In this document: one piece after another, positions 48,737-60,863 of the stretch
Position numbering within the stretch: position 1 is the first letter of the stretch
Layout of the letters: every line of letters begins with the position of its first letter
NCBI RefSeq assembly: GCF_018350175.1
Contig: NC_058368.1
Location: 80,354,001-80,418,000, forward strand
Direction of reading: 5' to 3'
Source of the DNA: Felis catus
Taxonomy: Eukaryota
DNA length: 64,000 nt
Program-made: the position numbers and the translations under genes
Notes under the pieces: model-generated
Database searches by the model: none
Told to the model about the DNA's origin: nothing
Seen by the model: the letters and a program-made list of their open reading frames with translations, nothing else

Positions 48737-50117
48737 CTGTCTCCTTTTATAGTTAACTAAACTTGATTCCTTCTTCTCCTTTAATGAGATGCATTGTTCT
48801 AAGTTTAGAACTGCCAATTTTATCCTGATACACATTGTTATCTTCCTTTGTAGTAAATTTTTCTCTTTTACGTGTGTTGTAAGGTTCTCTTAAACAAAGA
48901 GCCCTTTGGGGGTGCTTGTTTCTGCCCTTCTTTCACAGTTGAGGGGGTCCTGTCGGTGGTTAGGGGTGCTGTTCAGTGGTAGGGGGTGCTGCTGGGGGTT
49001 AGGGGGTGCTGCTGCTCAGTGGTTGGGGTGGATTTGGAGCTCTGCTCCCAAAGTGTATGAGTGCGGGGTGCGGGCGCAGGAGGGGCAGCGTGGTGGGCAC
49101 GGTCAGAGCAACTACCTGAGTGGAAAGTGGGGTTTGCCCCAGGGGAGAGCGAAAGGATGACGTGACCCCGGGTCGGTCACACCAGACGGTCCTGCAGCCA
49201 CAGAGACCAGGCCCTCCAGGAACAGGCAGAAGCGCCTATTCAGAAAGGGGGTTGGGTTATGGCAAACAAACAGCATCAAAATACAGTAGAAAACCAAATT
49301 GCATCCGGGGGTGGGGGGCCAGCAGAAGATAATGGTGTAAAGGTCAAATTGGCAAATTAAAGCAAATGGAAATATCTGATATTGGCGGGGGCTCAGGTGA
49401 ACAGGCCCTTTGAAAAACAAAACCCAAAACCCAAGAAAGGGCAAGTTGGTTTAAAATCTCTCCAGGAAAACTCGGCTATCCATCTGGGAAGCCTGAAGTG
49501 CTGTCCTATTTGATTCGGCAACTATTTGCCCTACAACCGGGAGCAGAAGCACCGTTGTGACTGCGTCACGTGCACTTGTTAATTTCCCGGCAACCCTGAG
49601 AAGGGGGAGTTGCTACCAAGCCCACTCCCCAGTGCACAGCGTGAAGCACAGGGCAGACAGAGAGAAGGAAGCAGTCAGAGGGCGCCAAGGGTTGGGGGCC
49701 CCCAGCCCCCGAAGCTCCAACAGACCTGGAGTGGGGACAGTAGGAAACTCGGGGCCTCCAGCACCCAGCTGGCGGCAGCTGGGGCAGAGATGCAGGCGAG
49801 CAGGAGGCAGGGGCTGGTCATCTGCTGCCTCCACCCCTGCGCTGGGTCCTGCGGGCCCCCGGGAAGCACTGGGTGGGCCGGCCGAGGCCGGTGGTGAACC
49901 GTGAGGAGATCCAGACCGCCAGTGGCCGTCGTGAGTCCTGAACTGTCTTCTAGTCCTCCTGGCTTAGCAAGAGACGTTGGTCACACACAGGGGGTTTTCA
50001 GGGAAGTAACTGGCCCCAGGCTGTCAGTTATTAGTAGAGGGTTGAGGAATCAAAATCTCAAATCTGATTCTGAATGTTATGTTTTATTCACTGGAGGAAT
50101 GATCTCTTTTTAAAAGT

Positions 50118-50310
50118 TTTTTTTTAAGTTGATTTATTTTGAGAGTGAGAGCATGAGCAGGGGAGGGTCAGAGAGAGAGAGAGAATCCCAAGCAGGCTCT
50201 GTGCTGTCAGCCCGGAGCCTGATGCAGGGCTTGATCCCAAGACCCTGGGATCATGACCTGAGCTGAAACCAAGAGTCAGATGCTCAATCGACGGAGCCAC
50301 CCAGGCGCCC
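50118..50310 (-). mobile_element. Can-SINE
   Basis: Antisense consensus match. Confidence 0.9.
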
Positions 50311-51550
50311 CTTTTAATCACATTTTAAAGGTATGTTTGCGTTTTGGGAGACTGGAACCAAACCTTGATGAGCCCTTCGATGTGGGGAAGATCGCGGGGA
50401 GAATTTCAAAACAAAATAAGCCAGTCAGTTTGCACTTTTGGGTTTGCTTCACCTCCTTTACGAGTTGTACGACGTGAGCCTGCTCCAGGGTTCCCAAACC
50501 TTCCTAGCTCGGGGCACTGTTGTAGCCTGTGGTCACCTTGCATGGTGCCCCTCGGCCAAAAGAAATCCCTAATGATTCTGTTTATCAGGGGTAGCATCCA
50601 AACGACTTAGTAAATATTTGTAGCCTCGCGACTGGGTAACCATTTGAAAAAATAAAACCCTACAAACCAAAATAAAGTCATTTCACTGAATCCTTAAATA
50701 GCCACTATTTCTTGCCTGGTTCTTGCTATTTGCCGAGGCAGCTGTGAGAAACCAGCTGCAGGGAGATTCGATGTCACCTTGGGCCTGTAGCCGCAATCTA
50801 GTGTGCGAGTTGTGAACTCCCCCAAGCCAGCAGTCCCTGGGAATATCACTGTGTATCCTTAAGGCACAAAGCACCCTGTGGCACACCAGGGTTCCTCAGC
50901 GCACAGTTTGGGAACCACTGGAGCAAGCCGTCAAACTTGCAGCCACCGCCTTAGGAAATGTCGCCCCTGCAAGGCCTCCTCATCCCTCATTCCGTGACTG
51001 TGAACCACTTGTGAATGTGAAAAACACCTCTCAGTGGCAGCGGAGGTCAATCAAAATCCCTCACGTTTTCATTGCTGTGAGTGCACTCGGGGCGAATTAA
51101 TTTGCTAGGTCTTCCTCCGTGGGTGGAGGATGCCAAGGAACAGTGAAAAGAATATTCTGAGCTTCTCAGCCACGCTTTCCTGTGAGGCCCCATCCTGACG
51201 CTGGAGATCTGGCTTCCCCTTGAGAGGGAGCTGGGAAGGAGGGGGTTTTCGGAGGCTCAGAGGCTCAGCATCTGGATTTGACAGACCCAGGGGCGGGGGC
51301 GGGGGAGCAGATGAACAGGACCCCCTCTCCCCCCTCCAACCGAGGACGAGGACAGGTCAGTACTGCTTCCCTGTGACCCGGGATGGCTGTGCCAGACGCA
51401 TGTGCATTCACATGTGGTAAAGGGCACTGGGCTCTAGAGAGGGCCACGTTGGGATTTTTCCTGACCGAAAACCCCAGCGGGCCCCTGGGGGGAGGGGTAA
51501 AATGTCACGAGCAAGAGTACGATTGATCGTGTGTAGAAGACGGTCTGTGC

Positions 51551-51581
<31 letters not shown>

Positions 51582-52087
51582 CACCGAGTTCCTTGTTTGG
51601 GTTTTATTTTTACAAAAGGAGATTCAGTCAGATGGGGCTTTTCCTGTCACATACTCACTTTGAGAAAGAATTAATACTATTTAGATGACTTAAGCCTCAA
51701 TTGACTATACGTCTCTCTTGATCTATGTCCTGAATTTGAACTTTTTCTTACTGGCCAGAGCTCTGAGTCCTTTTCAGGCTTGGAAACCCTTCCTCCAATC
51801 CCCAAATGTTCCATGATCGCAGGATAAATGTGTCGGCCCATCTGTCCCAAGTTAGGAAGTAGGGGCTCACCACTGTGAGGGGAGGAGGGACGGCATCCTC
51901 CTGTAAGCGCATAGAGAAAGCCTTCTACAAATTCATGCATTATGATGGCTCCCAGACGGGAGGTAATACATGGGCCACAACACCGGGGAAGGTGGAGAGA
52001 GAAAGGGAAGTATCTCTTCAAGTCAAACTGAGAGAGAATGGCCAATTACATACAGGTGGGTCCTTGCTAACCTTCAACGTAAACTAT

Positions 52088-52242
52088 CTTTTTAAGTTTA
52101 TGTATTTACTTTGAGCGAGAGCCTCCTAGGCAGACCCCAAGCTGCCAGCACAGAGCGCGACGTGGGGCTCGAACCCACAAACCGCGAGATCACCACCTGA
52201 GCTGAAGTCGGAGGCTCCACCAACTGAGCCCCCCAGGCGCCC
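52088..52242 (-). mobile_element. Can-SINE
   Basis: Antisense consensus match. Confidence 0.85.
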
Positions 52243-52744
52243 CTATTGTGAACATCCACCTGCCTTTCGGGGAGTACCTGTGTGCACGTCTGTTGGGTGT
52301 AGCCCAGAGACCTATTTGCTCGGTTTTGCCGATAATGCCTCGTGCGCTGCCCGAAGTCGTTTTCCCAGCTCGGGCTCTCCCAGCGGTGTATGTGAGTTCC
52401 AGTTGCCCTGCTTCCCTGGCCGATGCTTGGTGTGGCCAGTCGTTTCCCCGGTAGTGTCTCGTCTGTGTGGAAGCTCACGAGAAGAATCAGACGTTAGCCA
52501 CGTTCGCCCGGCTCTCGCCCAGGGGAGCAAGAACCTCAGGAAGCTGACTTTGCACGTCTCCGTTCTGCTGGCAAGAGAGAAGCTTTGCCGGCAGGGCATG
52601 AATTCCGGGGGAAACTGCATTTCCAACCGCAAATGAGTAAGTTGGCATCACTGTTTTTTACACAGTTAGCTCATGAACTTGGCTAACACGAGCTCCTCTT
52701 GAGGGATCGGCTGGCCCATAGTGAGTGCCCGGCTCAGAAGAGAC

Positions 52745-52945
52745 AATGTTTATAGACGTCAGGATAGTGGTTGCTTCTGGGGGTGGGGTGGCTAATGGTC
52801 GGGGAAGAGTGCGTGAGGTGAAATTCTTGGTGCTGAGAGTGTTCCAGATCTTGACCTGGGAAAAAATCATTGAGTTGTATGCTTAAGATTTACTCACTTT
52901 TTATACTGTACTGGGTGTGCGTAGACATCCATTAAAAAAAGTAAC
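52745..52945 (+). mobile_element. Ancient L1M 3' terminal fragment
   Basis: GTCAGGATAGTGGTTGCTTCTGGGG...AAAATCATTGAGTTGTATGCTTAAGATTT. Confidence 0.7.
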
Positions 52946-54514
52946 TTAAACTTGGTTTCCTCTTCTTCCCCTGTTGAACAAAGACCTCTTTCAGCTTGGC
53001 CAGTGCGATTCTGACCACATGGAGGAATGGGTGGGGCACCAGGACAGAGAAGAGACTGTGTCGTCAGCTCTGAGGGAGGGAAGGGCCACTTGAGAGCGCA
53101 GGTGGAAGGTGGCAGGTATGAGGTGGTGGGACGCCCTCCCCCCCAGGGCCGAGGGAACCTCCAGGGCCACGCGTGGAGGAACACGAGAGATTCTGTTTTC
53201 TGACGTGTCCGCAGAAGGAACAAGTTAAGAAAAAGCTGTTGGTGTCAAATTTACAAGGTGCCGTGTGGGCTTTGCCAGTAACAGAAAACTGTTGCTCAGC
53301 CAGACTTTGAAAAATATTCTTTGGTCCCTGAGTAGAAACAGATGTCGTTTCCTGTTACGGGAATCAGCTATCCAACCTCCCACACACACTGGCAGCAAGG
53401 TGTTCGAACCTCACGAGAGTTTTCTCCCTCCCGGATCAGACCCACCGGCCCTCATCCTCCTCTCTGTCATCTGCCTGGCCAGAAGCCTTCCTTCCCGCTG
53501 AGCTGTATTCTGTTGCCGGCCCCTTGCTCGCCTGCACCTGCTGGGGAAACGCAGCGGTTCCTCTCCGTGGGTGTCCGAGGGAGGCGCTCTTCACCGAAGG
53601 GTCTTTCTCGCTGGGGGTGGGGTTCGGGCTGCCCATCCATCGTTGGACTGCTTCCTCAGCTCCCACTGACCTGATTCCGTCCAGCCTCCTTGCCCAGGTA
53701 AACAACGTCTATGCTGGAAACACGCCGGTGTGATACTCTCGGTCACCTGAAAGACCTCGCGTGGGGCCAGCCCTTGGCTACATTGTAAAGCAGACAGAGG
53801 TTACCTGCTGGGGCTTCACCTTGGTTCTCGGGTCTTTTCTTCCAGGATGGCCCCTCATTTTGCCCTCCCCCCCCCGCCCCCCCGTCTCTGGCTTGTGCCG
53901 GGCACATGCCGTCAGCCTTCCATCACGGGGATTCACTTCTACCTGCTAAAGGCTTTTCACCCGGAACTGTACTTCTTTGACATCTTAATAAGCTGTCTGA
54001 TAACGAACCACAGGACAAATAATAACACTCTGTTTTGGCAGCTTGAGCTACTATTTTGCTTTGATTTGTGGGAACCGGACCCACAGTGGCCGTTGGTCTT
54101 TCCAGATGTTGCTAAGTGCACACCGACCCCCAGCTGGCGTCAAGAGGATGCTCGGACCGTGAGCCTGGCTCCCACGCACCCCGGCAGAGAGCTCACGGGG
54201 GCTTCCCAGGGTCTCCCCGGCTGCTCAAGAGCAAAGTCGCGAAAAGAACATGCCCGCGGAGGGGTGCAGGAGAGGGAGGGCCTTCTCATGCAGGCTCCCC
54301 AACCGTAGACTAGGGACATGGTCTGCGCTCACAGCTCGGGGCTCGCGATGAGCAGACCTCTAGGTCACGCCCGAGCTCCACCCAGCGGACCCTGGGCACC
54401 GCTCTAGAGCTGCGAGCCACCAAGTGCAGCCCACGGGGCAACAGGGGAACAGCGCCTTCCAGTGCATCGTGATGAGGGAAACGCTGCGTCAGCCCCGGCC
54501 TGTGGAGACGTCAA

Positions 54515-54630
54515 GGTGGCTCATGAAAATGCATAACTAAATTTTAATTTTACTGATTTCCTTTAATCAATTTACAGTTTTATTTAAATAGCCACATGTG
54601 GCTGAGGCTACCTTATTGGACATTACAGCT
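54515..54630. mobile_element. MER3-like hAT fragment
   Basis: TTTAAATAGCCACATGTGGCTGAGGCTACCTTATTGGACA. Confidence 0.7.
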
Positions 54631-54696
54631 TTGGAGAGTAGGGCAAGCATAATCTGAACTTCTCCTAATATTTATTTTCATCTAAAACATAAACAG

Positions 54697-54900
54697 GGGC
54701 ACCTGGGGGGGCTCAGTCGGTTGAGCGTCCGACTTCAGCTCAGGTCATGAGCTCACCGTCTGTGGGTTCGAGCCCCATGTCGGGCTCTGTGCTGACAGCT
54801 CAGAGCCTGGAGCCTGTTTCGGATTCTATGTCTCCCTCTCTCTCTGTCTCTCCCCTGCTCTCACTCTCTCTCAAAAATAAACATTAAAAAATTTTAAAGA
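54697..54900 (+). mobile_element. SINEC_Fc-type SINE
   Basis: Consensus match flanked by AACATAAA. Confidence 0.92.
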
Positions 54901-55433
54901 GAACATAAAGAAACCAACTTTGCCAGCATTTAATATTCAGAAAGACACTGGGGCCCTCACTGAGTTAGTCTCTCACGTGGTCACAGTCACACGAGTGAGT
55001 CTGTGTCCTGGCCAAAAGGTCCCACTCAGAGAGGGTCAGTGGCTCCCTGACTGTCAGTGGCTCCTCAACTGCTTTTATTCGGAATCTTACAAACAGCCTC
55101 GTTATATCTGTTTAATTGGATTTACAAATCATCTGGTTTGAAGAAGGACTAATCTTGGCAACGTGGAACACTGACTTGCAAAGAATCCCACACAGAACTG
55201 CAGACTGGTGACCAGGCTGGTGAAGCAAACAGCAGGATGGCAAAGGTGGCCTCCCCCCCACCCGCCACAGCCCCGGTGGGCCCCTCATGACGCAAAACAA
55301 TGACACCCACTCAAGCCTCATGAGGCCATGAGGTTCAGAATGGTCCAGAGAGTGCGACTTGTTGATACAGATTCATGATCACCAAGGCGACCCCTCATCT
55401 AAGGGTGTGTCGCATTTTGAAATATCAGCTGAT

Positions 55434-56481
55434 GAATGAACTATTGGGACCTCATCAAGATAAAAAACTTCTGCACTGCAAAGGAAACAATCAGCAAAAC
55501 TAAAAGGCAACCGACAGAATGGGAAAAGATATTTGCAAATGACATATCAGATAAAGGCTTAATATCCAAAATCTATAAAAAACTTATCACACTCAACACC
55601 CCAAAAGCAAATAATCCAGTGAAGAAATGGGCAAAAGACAAGAATAGACACTTCTCCAAGGAAGACATCCAGATGGCCAACCGACACATGAAAATATGCT
55701 CCACATCACTCATCATCAGGGAAATGCAAATCAAAACCACAATGAGACACCACCTCACACCTGTAAGAATGGCTAACATTAACAACTCGGGCAACAACAG
55801 ATGTTGGTGAGGATGCAGAGAAAGAGGATCTCTTTTGCATTGTTGGTGGGAATGCAAGCTGGTGCAGCCACTCTGGAAAACGGTATGGAGGTTCCTCAAA
55901 AAACTAAAAATAGAACTACCCTACGGCCCAGCAATTGCACTACTAGGCATTTATCCATGGGATACAGGTGTGCTGTTTCGAAGGGACACATGCACCCCAA
56001 TGTTTATAGCAGCACTATTGACAATAGCCAAAGTATGGAAAGAGTCCAAATGTCCATCGATGGATGAATGGATAAAGAAGATGTGGCCTATATATACAAT
56101 GGAGTATTACTCGGCAATCAAAAAGAATGAAATCTTGCCATTTGCAACTACGTGGATGGAACTGGAGGGTATTATGCTAAGTGAAATTAGTCAGTGAAAG
56201 ACAAAAATCATATGACTTCACTCATTTGAGGGCTTTAAGAGACAAAACAGATGCACATAAGGGAAGGGAAACAAAAGTAATACAAAAACAGGGAGGGGGA
56301 CAAAACATAAGACACTCTTAAATATGGAGAACAAACAGAGGGTTGCTGGAGGGGCTGTGGGAGGGGGGATGAGCTAAATGGGTAAGGGGCATTAAGGAAT
56401 CTGCTCTTGAAACCATTGTTGCACTAAATGCTAACTAACTTGGATGTAAATTAAAAAAAAAAATAAAATATCTTAAAAAAA
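55434..56481 (+). mobile_element. 5'-truncated young L1, same 3' end type as the 14.4-kb copy
   Basis: [35 protein letters not shown]...MDEWIKKMW..MEYYSAIKKNEILPFATTWMELEGIMLSEISQ. 15-bp TSD GAAATATCAGCTGAT at 55419 and 56482. Confidence 0.96.
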
Positions 56482-56879
56482 GAAATATCAGCTGATAATA
56501 GTATGAAGTCATCAAAATGAGCAAAGTGCTTGGGGATGAAATGCTTAAAAATGAAGACAAAATTTTACCATTTTAAAGATCCCACAGTACAGTATGAAAT
56601 TTCACTAAATATTTGATACATTTCCAGAAGCCTCTTTTGAGATTTTGAACTTAGCAGCCATTTAAGCCAAATACCATTGAGGAAACACTTCCAACTGTGG
56701 TTCAAATAGCTGAAATACAAAGAAAATAATAGCGTGGCAAACGAAAATGCATTCCCTTTGTCATAAAACAGTGCTGGAGCGCATGTGGAAAACATCACTG
56801 AAGACGGAAAGAAATAGGTTAGACCACATTACACAGTGTGGGAGATTTGCTACACAGCTGGGCGAAAGCATAGATGTTC

Positions 56880-57560
56880 CTTTTTTAACTTTTTATTTCA
56901 AAATAATCGGATTTACAGAAAAGATGCAAAGCTCTTACAGAGTTCCCACGTACCCTTCACCTCGTCCCTCCAGTGTTAACACTTACCCAGCCACAGTGCA
57001 ATTGACCGAAACCAGGAAATTAACACGGACACATTCTATGAACCAATCTGCAGTCCTTGTTTGAATTTCTCCAATTTTCCCACCGCTGGCCTTTTCCTAG
57101 CGGGATTCCATCAGGATCCCAGCTGTGTTCAGTTGTGGGGTCTCCTCAGACTTCTCCACGTGGGACTGTTCCACACTCTTTCTTTGATTTCTTTGCTTTC
57201 CATGACCTTGACACTTTTGAAGGATACAGGCTGATTAGATCTCAGATGTCTGGTGTTTTCTCATGAACAGCTGGAGGTCATGTGCCTTCGGCAGAAACGC
57301 CAAAGGCGATGCTGGGTTCTCAGCCACTCATCTCAGGGCTGCACGGACCAGTTTTTCTCATGGCTGGTGATGTTAACCTTGATCTCCTGGTCAGAGCCCT
57401 GGAAAGTTACTGTTGCTCCTCTGATAATTAATAAGTATCTTGTGGGGAAGACACTTTGAGACTCTGCGGATATCTTGTGTCTGAGCAAGGTCTTTGAGAC
57501 TCTCCGGATATCTTGTGTCTAAGCAAGGTGTCTATGTATCCAGTGCATCTTGATTCATGG
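56880..57560 (-). mobile_element. Ancient L1MC/MD-type 3' end inserted in the Charlie element
   Basis: TTTTATTTCAAAATAATCGGATTTACAGAAAAGATGCAAAG...ACCCTTCACC. Confidence 0.7.
57454..57529. repeat. 38-bp tandem duplication
   Basis: CTTTGAGACTCT(G/C)CGGATATCTTGTGTCT(G/A)AGCAAGGT x2. Confidence 0.92.
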
Positions 57561-57984
57561 TACCTGCTGTATTCTGTTTCAGCAATTAAATTTTAAAAAG
57601 ATCTACTGTCTCCTTTGTATCCAAAGAAAGATGTGCTATGGAACATTCACTTTTCACAGTAAATAGCTTTTTATTAAAATAAATTTCAATGGAAAGCCTG
57701 TCACCAATCTCACCGACTGAAGTAGAACAGGGAAGGATGTGGGGTGAGGTCACGGTTACTCCAGCATATGGGGACTCGTCCACTGTGCCTGCCAGGGCGA
57801 GTTATAGAAACCAAACTCCTGCACCACAAGTCCTACATATGCCCCAGATGCCACCAACACTGCTCTGTTCATTTAGAAGCAAAAATATCAAAGAATATTT
57901 ATAGTACTTTGTAATGAGGTGGGGAATGACCATGAAAACTTTTTGTACTACACAGAATTACTCTGATTAAATTGTAGCCAGGTA

Positions 57985-58205
57985 GGGGCACCTGGGCAGC
58001 TCAGGCACCACGGACTCTGGATTTTGGCTCAGGTCACAATCCCAGGGTCGTGGGATCAAGCCCAGTGTCAGGCTCTGCACGGAGGGTGGAGCCTGCTTGG
58101 GATTCTCTTCCTCCCTCTGCCCCTCCCCCACTCATGCGCACCTGCGCGTGCTCCAGCTCTCTCTCTTTCTCTTTCTCTCTCTCAAAAATAAAAACAAAAC
58201 AACAA
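57985..58205 (+). mobile_element. Can-SINE inserted in the Charlie transposase
   Basis: Flanked by AAATTGTA..AGGTA. Confidence 0.88.
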
Positions 58206-59744
58206 AAATTGTAACAAGGTAACTTAAAGGCTGTTGGACTTAAAAATGGATGATATAGTTTTCTTTCACAAAACAACAGCAACGCAACTGCTCAAGACTG
58301 GTGAGCTTCCCAGCAGATATTTTTAAAAGGAAAATAAACACTCTTAATTTGAACCGTCAGGATACAGGTGACTTTTAACAATAAGGAGTCAGAATGTAAC
58401 AGCTTTTTGAAGAAAAAAAAAAAAACTTGACAGAAACTTTTGAAAACAGACGGACTAAATTTTTTATTGTTGCCAAAAATAATGTGTGTCATCTATTAAA
58501 ATGCTCCTGTCTGCACACTTAAAAAAAATAGAGACATCTTTATCTTGTTTAATAATCTTCCCAACAATGGTGGGTTGTAATCCCCTTTGCTAAAAAATGT
58601 TAACTGTGTAGTGCCTTATGGTTAATTTGCATGAACGACTAATTGACATCAGGGAAGATGGAAATTTACTAGCTGAGTTTCAACAGCAACAAAAAAGGGT
58701 TCCATCATTGGTGGACAAGATTGAAAAATGAGTAAAACAATTTGGTAACTTCATTCTTCGTTCATCTTTGGATCTGTGCTGCTTTAAGGAGCGTTTTGTA
58801 CAAGTTTGCCAGCCATGAAAATCAAGTATCCAAATAAATAACTGAGAATCAGACCTGCAGATTCTAGGATCTAACATCAGAAGATGTGAAACTAAAAATC
58901 TTAGAAATAGTGGAGTGTGCGTTTCATCACATCGCTTCCACTGAAAATCTTATTGTGGGGAATAGGGCTACTTTTGTGAGCATAAAAGGTTTTCTGTACC
59001 ATAAACAAATAAAATAAACCAAAATTATTTGAGTGTATTTTGTGTTTAATTCTTAACAGATCCTTTAAATATTTTCATTGCTGCATATGTTTTATAATAC
59101 AAAGGCTACGTTAGCAGACTTGTACTCATACATAGTTTACAAGTGCGTATTGATGCATGAGGGAGGGTGTGGAAATATTTTCACTCACGGGGGTGTGAGA
59201 TCAACAACGTCAGTGGACCACTGCTCTGAATCTGAGGTCTGATTGTGCTCCGGATGGAACTTCTCACGGGTGTCATCTCATCTGGTTCCCACACCAAGAA
59301 GAGGCAAGTCTTACTTGGGAAGTCGTTCTCCCTGGTTGTTGGTTCAGGAAACCTGGGGCTGAGAGAAGGAAGGCAGGAAACACACTTGTGTGGTAAAAGC
59401 CGTGAGGGATTTGCCAGAACTGAAAACCGGGTCCTGGGCCTGTTCTGCCAGCTCCCTGGGTCTCACAGCGGACTCCGTGTGACACGGTCTGTCCTAACGT
59501 GGGGACTGAAGTCCTCAAATCAGCGCTCATCCTGAAGGCAGCGTCGTGAATGCCTTCGTGGGCCCGGCGTCTAACACATAGACACGGACCCTGGCATTTG
59601 TCTAACAGCACTTGTAAATATATACCAACAAACAGACAAACAAAAAACCTGTCTGCCTTTCCCCAGAGGAGCAAAATCATCCTAATGTGTATACGAGCTA
59701 TTTGCATATAGTTTGTTCCCTGTGCAAGCTAAAATTATTATTCT

Positions 59745-59943
59745 TTTTCTTTAAAGTTCATTTTTTATTTATTTTCAGAGAGAGAGAGAGAGCAAATGGG
59801 GGAGGGGCAGAGAGAGAGGGAGAGAGGACCCCAAGCAGGCTCCGAGATGTCAGCACAGAGCCCCAACTCACGAACTGTGAGATCATGACCTGAGCCAAAA
59901 TCAAGAGTCAGATGCTTAACCGACTGAGCCCCCCAGACGCCCC
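59745..59943 (-). mobile_element. Can-SINE
   Basis: Antisense consensus match, flanked by TAA(A/G)ATTATTAT. Confidence 0.88.
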
Positions 59944-60357
59944 TAAGATTATTATGCGTAATTATCGCTTTAATTTGCTGAGGACCTTCGCATCCTGGCT
60001 CATCCTGCTGCCACAGGCAAGTGTCATCTGGCCTCCACGTTAAGGACGAAGAGCTATAGGTGGGCAGAGAGGGGTTGCCCGGCTCGGGGTCACAGCAGGA
60101 GGCCGCCGGGCCAGCACCCCCCAGATCTCAGCCTCTGGACCCAAGCTCTGTCCAGCGGAGCCCACGCGGCTCCTAACGCTGCAGGGCTCTGGCTGCCCAA
60201 CTCGATGCACGGCCACATTCAAGGCTCTGCCTTTGGGCGAGTGACGTTTGTCCCGGGGAACTCTCGGAAGGCACCAGTGTACTTGGGGGAGAGGAGTCTG
60301 TCACCCCCTGATTAGTCCAAGGTATTATTTATCCTAGTAGATTGCTTCCCAGATGGT

Positions 60358-60507
60358 GTAGAAAGTGGTCTAGTTTCATCCTTCCGCATGTCGCTGTCCA
60401 GTTCTCCCAGCACCACTTGCTGAAGAGACTGTCTTTTTTCCATTGGATGCTCTTTGCTGCTTTGCCAAAGATTAGTTGGCCATACTTTTGTGGGTCCAAT
60501 TCTGGAG
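60358..60507 (-). mobile_element. 150-bp internal L1 ORF2 fragment with TSD and no poly(A) tail
   Basis: Matches the reverse complement of ~14457-14605. Perfect 14-bp direct repeat GCTTCCCAGATGGT at 60344 and 60508. Confidence 0.9.
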
Positions 60508-60699
60508 GCTTCCCAGATGGTCAAATGAAAGAGATCTTGTGCCAGAGAAAACGGGACACCGTGGGCCAGTTCCACACGGCATGGGAGGGGTGGGGAGAGG
60601 CAGGGCAGCCTGGGTGGGGCCATCTGTGGGGCTCAGGGGTTTCAAAAGCCATCTCATGAGTGCGGACGTGTTTGGTGTTTGCACCGACCAAAGTGAGGA

Positions 60700-60800
60700 A
60701 GGAAGACAGGTGATTCCGAACCCCCATTTTGCAGACGGATTGACTGAAGCTCAGGAGGGGGAATCAGAGAACTTGCTTGAAGTCACGCAACTTGTGAGTG
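60700..60800 (-). mobile_element. MIR fragment
   Basis: CCCCATTTTGCAGACGGATTGACTGAAGCTCAG...ACTTGCTTGAAGTCACGCA. Confidence 0.65.
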
Positions 60801-60803
60801 GTG

Positions 60804-60863
60804 CCTCCAAGACCTAGACCTCCAAGACCTCTAAGACCTCCAAGACCTCCAAGACCTCCAAGC
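60804..60863. repeat. 9-bp tandem repeat (CTCCAAGAC)n
   Basis: About 6 units, plus one partial unit. Confidence 0.9.

Larger units (their letters stand above)
55340..59224 (+). mobile_element. Fragmented Charlie-family (hAT) autonomous transposon fossil, best guess Charlie7-like
   Basis: Colinear decayed transposase peptides: EISADNSMKSSK*AKCL, EASFEI, ITQCGRFATQLGESIDV, RIFIVLCNEVGNDHENFLYYTE and LHERLIDIREDGNLLAEFQQ. Terminus-like GGACCACTG at ~59216-59224. Confidence 0.8.
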
